Assembly (NCBI GenBank): GCA_963833125.1
Contig: CAWHWX010000016.1
Coordinates: 384,001 to 448,000, forward strand
Length of the DNA stretch: 64,000 bases
Direction: 5' to 3'
From: Candidatus Bathyarchaeota archaeon
Lineage (GTDB): Archaea > Thermoproteota > Bathyarchaeia > 40CM-2-53-6
Below, in pieces: positions 32,547 to 43,955 of the stretch (its first letter is position 1; each line of letters opens with the position of its first letter). Under the pieces are notes generated by a model that saw nothing but the letters and a program-made list of their open reading frames with translations, was not told the DNA's origin and did no database searches. The position numbers and the translations under genes were made by a program.

Positions 32547-34335
32547 TTGGGGGCGCTAGGCGATTTTGATGCTCGTGCTGGCTTTCATTATCTGAGAAAG
32601 TGGGTTGTCGTAGCGATTGCCACTGGCATCGTCGCTGGTCTCGGAGCATTAGTCTTAATTCGAGGCATAGATTTCTTCACGAAACTATTCCTCGTCGGAA
32701 TAGTGGGATATGCGCCGCCGCTACCCGGTGGCGAGACACAAAATCATCTGATCACCATCATTATCGCCCGACCATGGCTAATACCAGTCTCCACAGGCTC
32801 TGGGGGGATTGCTAAGTGGCATATTGGTTGCGAAGTTAGCTCCTGAAGCCAAGGGTGTTGGAACTGACGCTGCGATAGGCGAATTCCATAAAGGACACGC
32901 TCTGATTCGCACTCGCGTGCCACTGGTTAAACTCCTCACCTCAGCCATCACGATAGGTTCAGGGGGTACTTCCGGCCGTGAAGGACCGATAGCCCAGATA
33001 GGCGCTGGTTTGGGCACGCAAATTGCGAAGTTATTCAACCTTACAGAGCGTGAGAGGAGAATCGCCCTCGCAGCGGGACTTGGAGCGGGTATTGCTGCGA
33101 TCTTCAAGGCTCCTCTAGCTGGGGCAATTCTGGGTGGTGAGATATTCTACAAACATGATTTTGAAGCTGAAGCCATGATTCCAGGATTCATAGCCTCAAC
33201 AGTAAGCTACACGATCGTAGGCTTCGTGACAGGATGGCAACCAATCTTCAGTACCGGAGTCACCCCAGTAGCATTCATACATCCAGAGGCACTGCTCCTC
33301 TATGGAGTGCTAGGGGTTGTATGCGCTGCGTTCGCGCACTTGCTCTTCAAAGTCTACTTCACGGTTCATGACATCTTTGAGAAGATTCGAATACCCCTCT
33401 TCATCAAACCTGCGATTGGCGGGCTTTTAGCAGGAGTCATTGGCATTTTCGTTCCTTCCGTCTTGGGCGTAGGTTATGGTTGGGCTCAGCTTGCGCTTAA
33501 CCAGAACTACCAAGTTTTACCCCCGACGATAATGATACTGGCTATTTTCGCTGAGATTTTTGCTATGTCGTTTACATTGGGTTCAGGTGGTAGTGGAGGA
33601 TTATTTGGTCCCTGTGTTGTTACGGGTACGATGATTGGTGCCGCTTTCGGTTACTATGCGCATCAAGCCTTTCCCGCAACTGTGACGAACCCATCTAACT
33701 TCGCCATTGTTGGGATGATGGCTTTCTTCGGTGGTGCCGCGAAGTCACCCTTAGCAGTCATCGTAATGATCGCAGAGATGACTGGCGGCTATGGTTTGCT
33801 CGCTCCATCAATGATCGCTGTGGTTGTTGCATACTTGCTCACTGGAAATTTGAGCATATTCTACAATCAGGTGGACAGTGTTGAAGAATCTCCTGCTCAC
33901 ATTGAGGAGTATGAGACGTTAGCCCTGAAGAGGATTAGGGTCGCTGACGTTATGACAAGGAACGTAGTATCGATAAAGCCAGCCATCAGCGTTCAAGTAG
34001 CTTTAGACTTGATGGAGGCGAACCTTGTAGGCGGCTTGCCTGTGGTATCGAACGGCAAATTGGTGGGGATGGTTACAAGGACTGACATACTGAAGCTTGA
34101 GCCTTCAAAACGCGCAGAAAAGACCGTTAATGATGTTATGACGGTGCAGTTGCTGGTCGCGTCACCTGAAGAAGACTTGTTTTTGGCGTTGACGAGAATG
34201 ATGAGCAGAGGCGTAGGCAGACTTCCAGTCGTTCCGAACGACAACCCAGAGGCAATGATCGGCATAATCACACGCACCGACATTTCGAAGGCAATCGAAA
34301 AACATCGTCTCAGCCAATCGTCTATGAGCAAGTAG
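32547..34335 (+). CDS. ClC chloride channel/antiporter with CBS pair; frameshift near 32805
   Basis: GREGP, FKAPLAG, GGSGGLFGP; two C-terminal CBS domains. Confidence 0.92.
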
Positions 34336-34352
34336 CGAGGAAGAAAAATCGG

Positions 34353-34625
34353 GTGACCTCGCTGCCAAGAACGAAACGAATCAAACAGGTTCGGAGAACA
34401 TTAGATTACTTGGCTTACGCCTCTCTCTTCTTCGATATCTGCATCGCAATAATTACCTCTATGAGCATCATTGGGTTTGGCGATAACCGCATGCTGTTTC
34501 TGGTTCCAATCAACTACCTCCTTACAGGCGTAGTTATCCTTTCTCTAGTTTCCTTTGCTACATTGCTGATTCTGAAACATGAAGAAACAATCCTCGTAAA
34601 GTTACTCCGCATCAAGAAATCTTGA
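34353..34625 (+). CDS. Small two-TM membrane protein
   Basis: Hydrophobic 90-aa ORF directly after clc. Confidence 0.55.
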   Translation: MTSLPRTKRIKQVRRTLDYLAYASLFFDICIAIITSMSIIGFGDNRMLFLVPINYLLTGVVILSLVSFATLLILKHEETILVKLLRIKKS

Positions 34626-34654
34626 GCAAGAATCTAAACCCGTATCTGGCGGAG

Positions 34655-34746
34655 ACTGGCGTTACCACGGGAGAACTCCCGCTGAAGCAACTGGAATACG
34701 CGTTGAATGTAAGAATAAGTGGCTAACTATCGTGCAAAATTCTTCG
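34655..34746 (+). pseudogene. Element right end plus IS6-like transposase tail
   Basis: ggcgttacc-acg followed by GRTPAEATGIRVECKNKWLTIVQN. Confidence 0.75.
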
Positions 34747-34792
34747 TGCGAGTATTCTTAAGTTACTGAGGCAGATTTCGCTGCGATAAGCC

Positions 34793-35250
34793 TTGTCAGC
34801 AGAAGAGAGACCAACGGTTGCGTTCGTCCTCTCACTGATTGGAGGCATCTTCATTCTGCTCGGCGGAGCAATGATGTCAATGATAGGTCCATTCGGGTTT
34901 GGCGGGATGATGAACGACTATGCGGTTACGGAGGATACGGAGGGAATAGTTGGTTTGGGGGAATGATGGGCCGATACTCCGGTCCAGCGTTCGGCATAAT
35001 GGGGGGATACGGGTTCGGCAGAATATTCGGCGTTGCAGGCGTACTGTTCGGAACAATCGTCGTAGTCAGTGCCCTAATGCTATACAACGAACCGATCGAA
35101 CACTTCAAGTGGGGCCTCTTGATTTTGATCTTCTCGGTCCTGAGTATACTCGGGAGTGCGATGGCAGGCTTCGGAGTAGGGTTGATACTTGGAGTTCTCG
35201 GTGGAATATTCGCGTTGATTTGGAGACCACCAAGCACATCGAAAACGTAA
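34793..35250 (+). CDS. Gly/Met-rich membrane protein (cargo); frameshift near 34925
   Basis: MSAEERPTVAFVLSLIGGIF...WGLLILIFSVLS...GLILGVLGGIFAL; followed by end-like gaaggtaatgttacc (35310-35324). Confidence 0.65.
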
Positions 35251-35569
35251 ACGCCCTTGGAGCTTAGCGATAAAGCAGACGAAAAGCAACAGCCCTCTGC
35301 GGCTGACGAGAAGGTAATGTTACCCTTGATTGGTTTCTCTCTAATCGCCTGTAACATTAAATCCTTCATCTACCCCGCGCGACTCGCATTCGTGTCAGTT
35401 GAAGAGTACGAGAAACAGGTTTTGGGGGTTGTGACGAAATTGGGAAGCTTCTGGGTATAAATTGGGCATAACCGGAAATATTCAGCCTGGAGCGCTTGAG
35501 TCAATTCTCTTACCTCTAATCGATAGATATCATTCGTGAGAACTACAACCGACAGGAGAGTGACAGCTG

Positions 35570-36649
35570 GTGCATACACTTGTTACGGGGGGCGCGGGCT
35601 TCATCGGTTCCCACATTGTGCAAGCCTTGGTCGCACGCGGGGACCAGGTTAGCGTACTCGACAATCTCAACCAGAGAGTCCACGGCGACGAGCCCCCAAA
35701 CTTCTCTGAGAACGTCAGATTCATTCATGGTGATCTCTTGTCACCCTCTTCAGTGCGTGATGCGGTCGGAGATGAAGTCGACGTGGTGTTTCATGAGGCT
35801 GCAATGGTAGGATTCGGAAAAGGCGGGACCGATGCACAGGACTATGTTACAACAAATGTGATCGGTACAATCCGGCTAATGGACGCCATTGCTAAGAATG
35901 GAAACTCCAAACACCCGCGTTTTGTTCTCGCTTCGACAATGGCCATCTATGGTGAAGGTTGCTATGTATGCAGCGCGTGCGGCGAAGTGCAAGATGGGGT
36001 ACGCCGACACGAAGACCTGGAGAATCTCAAATGGGACCCACTCTGCGTCAAGTGTGGAGAGAAACTTGACCCACGCCCGGTAACCGAAAGCCAGCCTCCT
36101 CGGCCTGGAACCGTCTATGCGATTACTAAGTTAAATCAAGAACTAATTTGCATGAGTCTTGGTCGCGAATCCAATATTCCTGTCGTCGCTCTTCGATATC
36201 ATAACGTTTACGGACCTCGGATGCCTCGCGACACACCCTACGCGGGCGTGGCATCCATCTTCAAGAGCCGCCTCCTCTCAGATCTTTCCCCCATCATTTA
36301 CGAAGACGGGAAGCAACTTCGGGATTTCGTCCATGTTGAGGATATTGTTCAAGCAAACCTTATCGCGGCAGACGCTCCCGAGGAGGATGTTGCCTTTGAA
36401 GCATTCAACGTGGGAACCGGACTGCCGCACGCAATCATTGACTTCGCACATGAATTAGCCAAATCCCTAGCTCCTGATATTCGACCCGAATTCCCCGGGT
36501 TATTCCGCTTAGGAGACGTACGTCATATCTTCGCGAATGTTTCGAAAATAGAGCGGCTGGGTTTTAAGCCCCGGGTTTCCTTTGAACAGGGTGTTTCAAG
36601 ATTCGCGCAAGAACCTGCGCGAGCCCCACCGAAGGTTGTGTTTTCGTGA
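35570..36649 (+). CDS. NAD-dependent epimerase/dehydratase (extended SDR)
   Basis: TGGAGFIG, YAITK, LRYHNVYGP, RDFVHVED; CxxC..CxxC insertion. Confidence 0.92.
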   Translation: MHTLVTGGAGFIGSHIVQALVARGDQVSVLDNLNQRVHGDEPPNFSENVRFIHGDLLSPSSVRDAVGDEVDVVFHEAAMVGFGKGGTDAQDYVTTNVIGTIRLMDAIAKNGNSKHPRFVLASTMAIYGEGCYVCSACGEVQDGVRRHEDLENLKWDPLCVKCGEKLDPRPVTESQPPRPGTVYAITKLNQELICMSLGRESNIPVVALRYHNVYGPRMPRDTPYAGVASIFKSRLLSDLSPIIYEDGKQLRDFVHVEDIVQANLIAADAPEEDVAFEAFNVGTGLPHAIIDFAHELAKSLAPDIRPEFPGLFRLGDVRHIFANVSKIERLGFKPRVSFEQGVSRFAQEPARAPPKVVFS

Positions 36650-37346
36650 CTGGGCACCAGGTTGCTGTAATTCTTCCTGCATTGAATGAAGCGCAAGCTG
36701 TCGAAGCCGTCGTTGAGGGTTTTCTTCGCGAGGGCATGCGCGTTATCGTTGTCGATAACGGAAGCACAGATGGCACGGGACCGACGGCTGCGCGAGCCGG
36801 GGCAGAAGTCGTATACGAAAAGACCCGAGGATACGGTAGCGCATGTCTTGCCGGTCTATCTTACCTCACTCCTCACTCCCCTAGCATTGTAGTGTTTGCA
36901 GACTGTGATGGAACCCTCGATCCTCATGATATTCGAAGGTTGATTGCACCAATTGAGTCGGGGGCTGCGGATGTGGTTCTCGGCCGAGCACGTCCGGGTG
37001 GAAAAAGGAGCTCTACCGACCCACCAAAAACTCGGGAACACAATTTCATGTATCCTTTTGCAAACATTGTACGGACTTGCTGTTAGGGATGTCCCACCAT
37101 ACCGCGCTCTCCGGTGGTCCTTCCTTTCCGAGCTAGGCCTTTCCGATAGGACCTATGGCTTCCCCGTCGAAACCGTTGCGCTTGCGGCGCGAAGAGGAGG
37201 CCGACGTTGAAGAAGTTGATGTAAGTTATCGAGTTCGAGCTACAGGACAGAGCAAAGTTACCGGGTCACTCAAAACCTCTCTTCGAGCAGGGATGATCAT
37301 GATAGTTTTACTGATAGGACTGCGGTTCAGGAAGCTGCCGAATTGA
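36646..37346 (+). CDS. GT2 glycosyltransferase (Dol-P-Man synthase-like); two frameshifts
   Basis: LPALNEA, VVDNGSTDGT, RGYGSAC, FADCDG, SKVTG. Confidence 0.88.
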
Positions 37347-38077
37347 AGAGGAAAGCAGTTCTTGTCTTCGCGCGAAGACCCGAACTTGGCCGAGTTAAGA
37401 CACGCCTTGAGACCTGTATCGGGGCTCCTAAAACGCTGTCCCTCTATCGAGCATTCCTCACCGACACCTTGCTCGCGGCGCGTGAATCTCGGGCGCAAGT
37501 AATATTGGCTCATACGCCTGGCCCTGATTTTCCCGAGCAAAGCTTTGCCGATGTTACGCTTGAACAGCGAGGTAACACGTTTGGAGAAAGATTCGACGCA
37601 GCTTTAGAGGACGCGGCTAATCAACTACCCAAGAAAACGCCCCTGGTATTAATCGGAGCAGATACACCGCATCTGTCACCCCAGTTTCTTCGAAGAACAT
37701 TCGGCATCCTTAGTCAGAATGATGCGGTGATTGGGCCAAGCACCGATGGCGGATTTTATCTTCTCGGATTCTCGTCCCGACCCATCCCAGTGTCTGAAGC
37801 ATTTTCTGAACCAAGCACGGCAAACTCAGAGGCTGTTCGACTCTTGCGCGAAGCTTGCATCGAACCCATATTCGTTCAAGAGCAGTTTGACGTTGATTGT
37901 CCACAAGACCTAATGAAGCTCATTCACCTTATCAATAACTTACAAGCGTCCCACGCTGATTGGATCCCTAAGAATACTCGAAAGGTGTTACATAATGAGG
38001 GAATCCTCGCTTTGATGGTCAAATTGGAGAACGCTCAGACGGCAGTAGGCATGGCGAGAGAATCCGTAGGGAATTGA
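37343..38077 (+). CDS. DUF2064 / TIGR04282-type GT-A-fold transferase
   Basis: FARRPELGRVKTRL, QRGNTFGER, IGADTP, GPSTDGGFYLLG, FDVD. Confidence 0.85.
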   Translation: MKRKAVLVFARRPELGRVKTRLETCIGAPKTLSLYRAFLTDTLLAARESRAQVILAHTPGPDFPEQSFADVTLEQRGNTFGERFDAALEDAANQLPKKTPLVLIGADTPHLSPQFLRRTFGILSQNDAVIGPSTDGGFYLLGFSSRPIPVSEAFSEPSTANSEAVRLLREACIEPIFVQEQFDVDCPQDLMKLIHLINNLQASHADWIPKNTRKVLHNEGILALMVKLENAQTAVGMARESVGN

Positions 38078-38141
38078 ATTAGATTAGTTTCCTTCGGTAA
38101 CATGCGAAAGCAGATAATTTGAACGAGCGTATGGATCTGAC

Positions 38142-39300
38142 TTGTTCCAAAGAACAGAAGCAATGATACATCACCTGGTTGCTCGAACGCCGTTAAGGAC
38201 TGTAATGGTTGTCGCGATCTTATCTCGACTATTCGTCTTTGTAGTAGCGGTTGCTTCTAACCATGTTTTCGGAATCAATCCCACCTGTCCCTCATTCGGC
38301 TGCTGGAGTATTGATCTTCCCTTCTTCAATCTATTTTCGCGCTGGGACAGCGGCTTTTACGCGGACATTGCTCGCTCCGGGTACGGAACTCAAATTTCGC
38401 CTAGGTGGGAATTCTTTCCGTTCTATCCTATCCTCATGGGAACTTTCGGACGTCTATTGGCATTAATTTCTCCCATCCCATTAGATTTGGCGGTTCACAT
38501 CGCAGGGTTCGCCATAAGCAACCTCGCATTCCTAGGCGCCGTTATCTTCCTGTACAAACTCTCGGAACGAATTTTGGGAGAAAAAAGGCTGGCTTCCGAA
38601 GTCGGCGATCTTACTCGCCATCTACCCCGCGGGCGTTTTCTTCTCGGCCACGTATTCCGAATCGCTGTTTCTATTCCTGACGCTAAGTTCTCTCTACTAT
38701 TGGTACGTGAAGCGAATAGGCAAAGCGGGAGTATTGGGGTTTCTTGCAGCGTTAACGAGACCAGTTGGAATTTTTCTGGCTGTCCCCTACCTGTATGAGG
38801 TATTAGTTGACTCGACCGAACGGAGATCGGCACGCATGTACTTGCCAGTTGTGAGTGTGTTGCTGGGATATCTTAGTTTCATGGCGTATAGTCAGTTAAT
38901 GACCGGAACGCTCTTCGCGAATTTTGCTGCTGCACGCGTCTTCTGGAAAGTTACGCCCGATGCAATTGCCATCCTGATTTTGGCTCGAAACGAGATATTT
39001 GACCATCCAATAATTGTCCCATATCTAGCGCTTGGCATAGGTGGAATAGTTGCTTCTCTAGCCACTGCGCAGAGCCGACCTGAAAAGGTGATGGGTCTGT
39101 ACGCGATCTGTTTACTTGCCTCATACGCTCCTATTCCCATAATCTCTTTCCCGCGCTATTCGGTTACGTTGGTGCCAATGTACTGGGGACTTGCGAAGTT
39201 GTCACGGTGGCCCTTGGTGAAGGGTTTAATTTACGCCATTTTCCTGATCCTACTCGCCGTTGGAACTGGGCTGTTTGTGAACTGGTACAGTTTCTACTAG
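38142..39300 (+). CDS. PIG-V-like GT-C mannosyltransferase; frameshift near 38600
   Basis: SRWDSGFYADIA, FFPFYP, YSESLF, LTRPVG, SFPRY; multi-TM. Confidence 0.8.
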
Positions 39301-39434
39301 AATTGCGTATGTTGCATTGCTTCAACCGCATTCAATCTTTGTGACAGAACTGAACTTTCAGGTGGTTTTCGGAACAGAATCTGGTCAAAGATTATTAGGT
39401 GACCGAATAGTCACGACTGGAGTGGAAACGTAGA

Positions 39435-40193
39435 TTGCCGGATCAAACGAGAACAAGCCCACAGAGAAGTAAAATGATTGTGGCTTCAGCAATCGTTCTC
39501 GCAGTGATTGTTCTTGGAGTAATAGGATGGCGCCTAATCCCGCCCGCGTCGACAGCATCAACCAGTACAGCCGTCACCCTTCCAACTTCGTCAAGTATGG
39601 CCGACGCTTCAATATCCGGCGCATCAAACTCGTCTAATTTGGCGTCCACGCTACTCGCAGGTTCTCCGCCGACATTGGGTTCACCCAACGCCTCGGTGAC
39701 AATAGTGGAGTTCGGCGACTACCAATGCCCAACCTGCGGCGCATGGTACAACTCGCAAGAAGCTTCGTTGATTCAGAACCTCGTCGATAGCGGGAGGGCT
39801 AAGCTAGTATGGCGGGATTTCGATTACTATGGACCTGACTCAGTTTCAGCGTCAGAGGCAGCGTACGCAGCGGGAGAGCAGGGCAAGTTCTGGCAGTTCC
39901 ATGACCTCCTCTTCCAGAGTCAACAGACTCCAAACAGCGGATGGGCTAGCCGACAAAACATGGAGACGTTCGCGAAACAACTAGGATTGAACATGACAGA
40001 GTTCGACCAGTCATTCAACAGCGGAAAATACGACCCACTCATCAACGCAAATCACGCCCTAGGAGTTCAGGCGGGAGTAACTGAAACACCCACATTCTTC
40101 CTCATCGGACCAAACGGTAAGATGATAACTATTGCGGGCGGTCAACCGGAATCAGTGTTTGAACAGGCCGTCGCCTCGCTGACTAGTGGGTAA
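39435..40193 (+). CDS. Membrane-anchored DsbA/BdbD-like thiol-disulfide oxidoreductase
   Basis: LGSPNASVTIVEFGDYQCPTC, EQGKFWQFHD, GVTETPTF. Confidence 0.9.
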   Translation: MPDQTRTSPQRSKMIVASAIVLAVIVLGVIGWRLIPPASTASTSTAVTLPTSSSMADASISGASNSSNLASTLLAGSPPTLGSPNASVTIVEFGDYQCPTCGAWYNSQEASLIQNLVDSGRAKLVWRDFDYYGPDSVSASEAAYAAGEQGKFWQFHDLLFQSQQTPNSGWASRQNMETFAKQLGLNMTEFDQSFNSGKYDPLINANHALGVQAGVTETPTFFLIGPNGKMITIAGGQPESVFEQAVASLTSG

Positions 40194-40698
40194 AATGGCC
40201 TCTCCGATCCTGGACACATTCAAAGACGCCAGATACGTTCTGCTTAGCCTGGTGATCATGGTTGGCTACGGAACCATGCTCCTCTTCTTCGATTCATTTC
40301 TCTTCTTCGTGCCTTACTTCACATTCTACGTCTCAACATCGGCGTATGCGAGCCTTCTGCTTGATTTGTTGTTGACCTTCTTGACGGCGATCGTGCTTGC
40401 AGTATCAATTAGACAGATTTCTCTTCAAAGGCAGGGCGGAAGCGCTTCCAAGACTGGAATGCTAGGAATCTTTGCAGCTCTACTTGCGGGGGCGTGTCCC
40501 TGTTACTACTTAATTCCCCTTTTAGCGGTTGCTGGCACGATTGGAGGAGCACTAGGAGCAGTGGGCATTCTTCTAAACGCGTTCCAAATTCCAATCAAGT
40601 TGGGTGCCATGCTGATTCTCGTAGTGGCGACGTACAAGTTGAACAAATCGGGAGTATGCAAAATTAGGCCTTCGTCTCACACTATCTTACAAAAGTAA
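40186..40698 (+). CDS. Four-TM membrane protein with CPC motif
   Basis: Abuts dsbA; GACPCYY in TM region and a C-terminal Cys. Confidence 0.6.
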   Translation: MGKMASPILDTFKDARYVLLSLVIMVGYGTMLLFFDSFLFFVPYFTFYVSTSAYASLLLDLLLTFLTAIVLAVSIRQISLQRQGGSASKTGMLGIFAALLAGACPCYYLIPLLAVAGTIGGALGAVGILLNAFQIPIKLGAMLILVVATYKLNKSGVCKIRPSSHTILQK

Positions 40699-40917
40699 TC
40701 GCTCAATTGACCCACAGTCTTTCGATGACATTATCGAAAATAGTGGCCGTACTGTTTAGTGGTGCCACTTGATTGGGCGAAAATCTGGTACAATTTGGGC
40801 AAAGGCTTTTCGTAAGCCCAAAGCAGACCCGCCATCGAACACTCTTGATGCAGGCAAGTCAAGCCGCGACTAAAATCGTCTCAAGCTTCTACCCGGTATA
40901 GCATTCCATCATGCAAC

Positions 40918-42000
40918 TTGACGGAGCGATGGATCACAGTCACCCTCAGCCACGGGATTTGGAGTAGATTATTGGTGCAAGGAACGTACGCCAGAAAGCT
41001 TGCACTTATACTGTTACTCATTTTGAGTGCTTCTTCTCAGGTGTGGGCGCCATCTTCTCAATCTTACTTGCCAGAGATCGAGCGTGCTGTCAGTTACTTG
41101 GTTTCACATTACAATTCGAAGGTTGGGTTAATTTATGAATCTGAGGACGCGGGGAAGACGCATTGGCTTGCTCGAACCGAGTACCCTAACTTTCATTGGC
41201 ATTACTCTCAGGTCTTTTGGTTGTACTCGGACAATCTGTTCGCCGCGTATGCTCTGTTGCCATATGATCCCGAATTAGCACATGAAATCAATGCTACGCT
41301 ACATCGCTACAACCCGCCGTTCAGCAACAAGTTCGAATCTGTGATAGGATTCCCAGTTGGCCCAGACAGAAGCGCCCGTGACGTAATTGTCAATCAATCC
41401 GACACGTTTGTGGTACTTTACAGGATTCATGACGGCCCCATCGGGAATCCTAAGATTCCGTTCGCAGACGCGATCATGTATCGTGCCCTCAGCGAATACT
41501 ACCTGGGCGAGACGGAATCGGCTGTAAAGGATGTTAATTGGGCTGCGAGCTTATGGAACGGCACTTGCCTCGTGGATCATGGAGTAACACAGAGTACCCT
41601 GACCGCCAGTGATGCTCCCTCGGACATTCAATGGTGTACGAACATGAAGGTGGCTCTGCTACTATACGGCGCACAAGTAATAGGCGTCAACCTGCCGAAC
41701 TTCAATCAACTAGAATCACACTTGTGGAGCATGCAAAACAAGGAGGGTGGGATAACTACACTGGCCACGGGGCAGGGGCAACCTTCGGGAAGCGCAAACT
41801 GCGAAACAACTGCGCTAACCCTACTCGTGTACAATCGAGCACTAATCAGTCGGTTGCATGAGCAACCTATCTCGAAACTAACTAACCTCCCCCGCAACAC
41901 TGTCGACCTTCACACCTTAACGCTCATGCATGTGTTAGAATATCTGACGAAGAAGACAGGACTGAGGGCTCAGTCGGCTTTTGTTTCAGCACGGTTTTGA
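40918..42000 (+). CDS. Hypothetical secreted protein (possible alpha/alpha-barrel)
   Basis: Signal-like segment; FWLYSDN, LWSMQNKEGGI, NCETTALTLL. Confidence 0.55.
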   Translation: MTERWITVTLSHGIWSRLLVQGTYARKLALILLLILSASSQVWAPSSQSYLPEIERAVSYLVSHYNSKVGLIYESEDAGKTHWLARTEYPNFHWHYSQVFWLYSDNLFAAYALLPYDPELAHEINATLHRYNPPFSNKFESVIGFPVGPDRSARDVIVNQSDTFVVLYRIHDGPIGNPKIPFADAIMYRALSEYYLGETESAVKDVNWAASLWNGTCLVDHGVTQSTLTASDAPSDIQWCTNMKVALLLYGAQVIGVNLPNFNQLESHLWSMQNKEGGITTLATGQGQPSGSANCETTALTLLVYNRALISRLHEQPISKLTNLPRNTVDLHTLTLMHVLEYLTKKTGLRAQSAFVSARF

Positions 42001-42248
42001 CCTTGTAGCTCAAGTATTCTTGTGGCAATTTCTTCATTGAAGTCTATGAAGGTCTCTTCGCCAACGATTACTACTGGTACATGAGTAGCCGAACCTGTAC
42101 GTTCAACTAGTTCCTGAAGCGCGGAACGGTTCCGATCTATGTCGAACTCTTCAAACGCCACGAGATGGTCTGAAAGAAACTTGCGAGCTGCATCGCACGC
42201 GGCGCATTCCGAACCATGTGCAAGAAGCTTCACCGTGAACATAGACAT
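41970..42248 (-). CDS. Glutaredoxin/NrdH-like protein
   Basis: CAAC, EEFDI, HVPVVIVG. Confidence 0.8.
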   Translation of the reverse strand: MSMFTVKLLAHGSECAACDAARKFLSDHLVAFEEFDIDRNRSALQELVERTGSATHVPVVIVGEETFIDFNEEIATRILELQGQNRAETKAD

Positions 42249-42567
42249 TGATACCTCTTCCTAGAGGATTTGCCTGGAGGTAAAATAGGTTCACCAAACT
42301 CATTCCCAAAAGAGACCCAAATCAAATTGGATCTAATGTTGATTCTGGTTTATCAAACAAGCTTAACGAATTGGTTCTGGTTCGGTTGACCGTCGAGCGT
42401 TATGGAACCCTATGTTTGATCTAAGCGTTAACCTAATGATCCTTCTCGTAGGGCCCAGGAGACTGCGGGCTCGCGCACTCAAGATGCGGACTCTCGAAGT
42501 GATATGTTTCCTTATTTTCCGCCGCTGGTGGATTGATGCCTCATGTAGGGATTCTGAACTTAAGGTA

Positions 42568-42591
42568 TGGCGCCGGGAGAGGGATTTGAAC
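42568..42591 (-). repeat. tRNA 3'-end fragment (probably tRNA-Ser), att-site remnant
   Basis: Reverse complement GTTCAAATCCCTCTCCCGGCGCCA = T-loop, T-stem, acceptor strand, G discriminator, CCA; no 5' half present. Confidence 0.75.
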
Positions 42592-42656
42592 TAAAGGTTC
42601 AAGCTCCCTACATTTGGGGTTTCTACCGGCCACCCTCCCCAGAAGGTACGCACCTG

Positions 42657-43879
42657 CTACACCAACATAGCTTTCAGATCAACTCTTGGGACTCTTTCCG
42701 AAGGTAGCTGGTGCTCTGTTCTCAGATCCACGTCATCCATTACTAGGGCCTTTAAGGCGTTCCGCATTCCTTCAGACACATCCGGTATTCCCAACTCCAA
42801 AAGTATTTCTGCGGTAAATTGCACATGCAACCTCGAAAATTGTCTTCCAGTCAGCGGAAGGGTCGAAATCGCTTTCGAAGATGCTTTTGCCTCTATCAGG
42901 GGGAAAGAAGTCACCTTCCTAATCTCAATGGTGATCGAGAAGGAAGCACTTCGATGTTTTTGAACCCACTGAGCTCTATATGAATCCTTTGCTGAGCCGT
43001 TACATTCCTGAACTTTAGGACTCTAACCGTATAGAACAGAAAGCTGCAAATGCGAAATACTATGTTCCCTACCCAAACAGTGTTGTTGTTCTCTAACGGT
43101 ATCGGGAAAGTCGAATGGAAATATCCGTCGACATAAACCTCAAAATGAATCGGTTTCTCGTATGATTCGAACTGATATCTATCTCGTCTTGGGGTAGTCT
43201 TGGTATAATCAATTAACAAAAACGATGGAGTGAAAGACGTAAACATCACAGCATTCTCCTTGGTTACTTTCAAATAATCATCAACTTTCGTGATCGGGCC
43301 CACTAGAATCTGAGCATTAGGGCCTATCTCCTCTCTCCGGGGGGTTAAGATCTGACTCAGTTTCCGTTCAAAATCTATCGAGGCAGTTCCAGAATGTTCT
43401 ACCGTTTTCATTGGTGATCCACTGTCATCTATTTCCAGATTCACGTTCCTGGCAAGATCGACCTTGTCCGCAAAATCGATTTGTTGAAAGTTGGCTGTAT
43501 CGAATCCAGTCTTAGATAGAATATCCGCTGATGTTCTCGGGATTTTTTGATACCGGCAAATCATTAATGCCATAGTAGCATCAGTTTTCTTTCGCTCAAG
43601 AGCCAGACCTACCTCCCACGTCATTTCGGTGGTTAGTTGAGCGTCACTGAGAACTAGGATGAAGATATTGCAAGAGGCAATTGCTTCATTTATCTGCGTT
43701 CTCCATTCATCGCTTAGATTCTTAATCGATTTTGGAATATCTTCGCTCGCAACAAATGCGCTGATGTTCCGCTTCACTAGGGCATGCCTAAGATGAATCG
43801 CGAGATCAATCCCCGTGGCATCTTCGTACGCTATAAAGACAGAGTACTTTGGTGGTACAGTGGTCAATTGACTCATCAC
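42657..43879 (-). CDS. TIR-domain protein with uncharacterised C-terminal domain; frameshift near 42912
   Basis: YSVFIAY, AFVASEDI, INEAIASCNIFILVLS, catalytic-type WEV. Confidence 0.8.
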
Positions 43880-43955
43880 ACCCGCGGTCTTTTTCTTTAT
43901 GCCAGCATTAAATTGCTTTCATCATTCGGGTTCTACTTCTTCGTCTAGTGAGGAG

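Noticed and set aside
42568-42591. Complete tRNA gene
   Set aside because: Only the 3' 24 nt are present; no D or anticodon arm upstream
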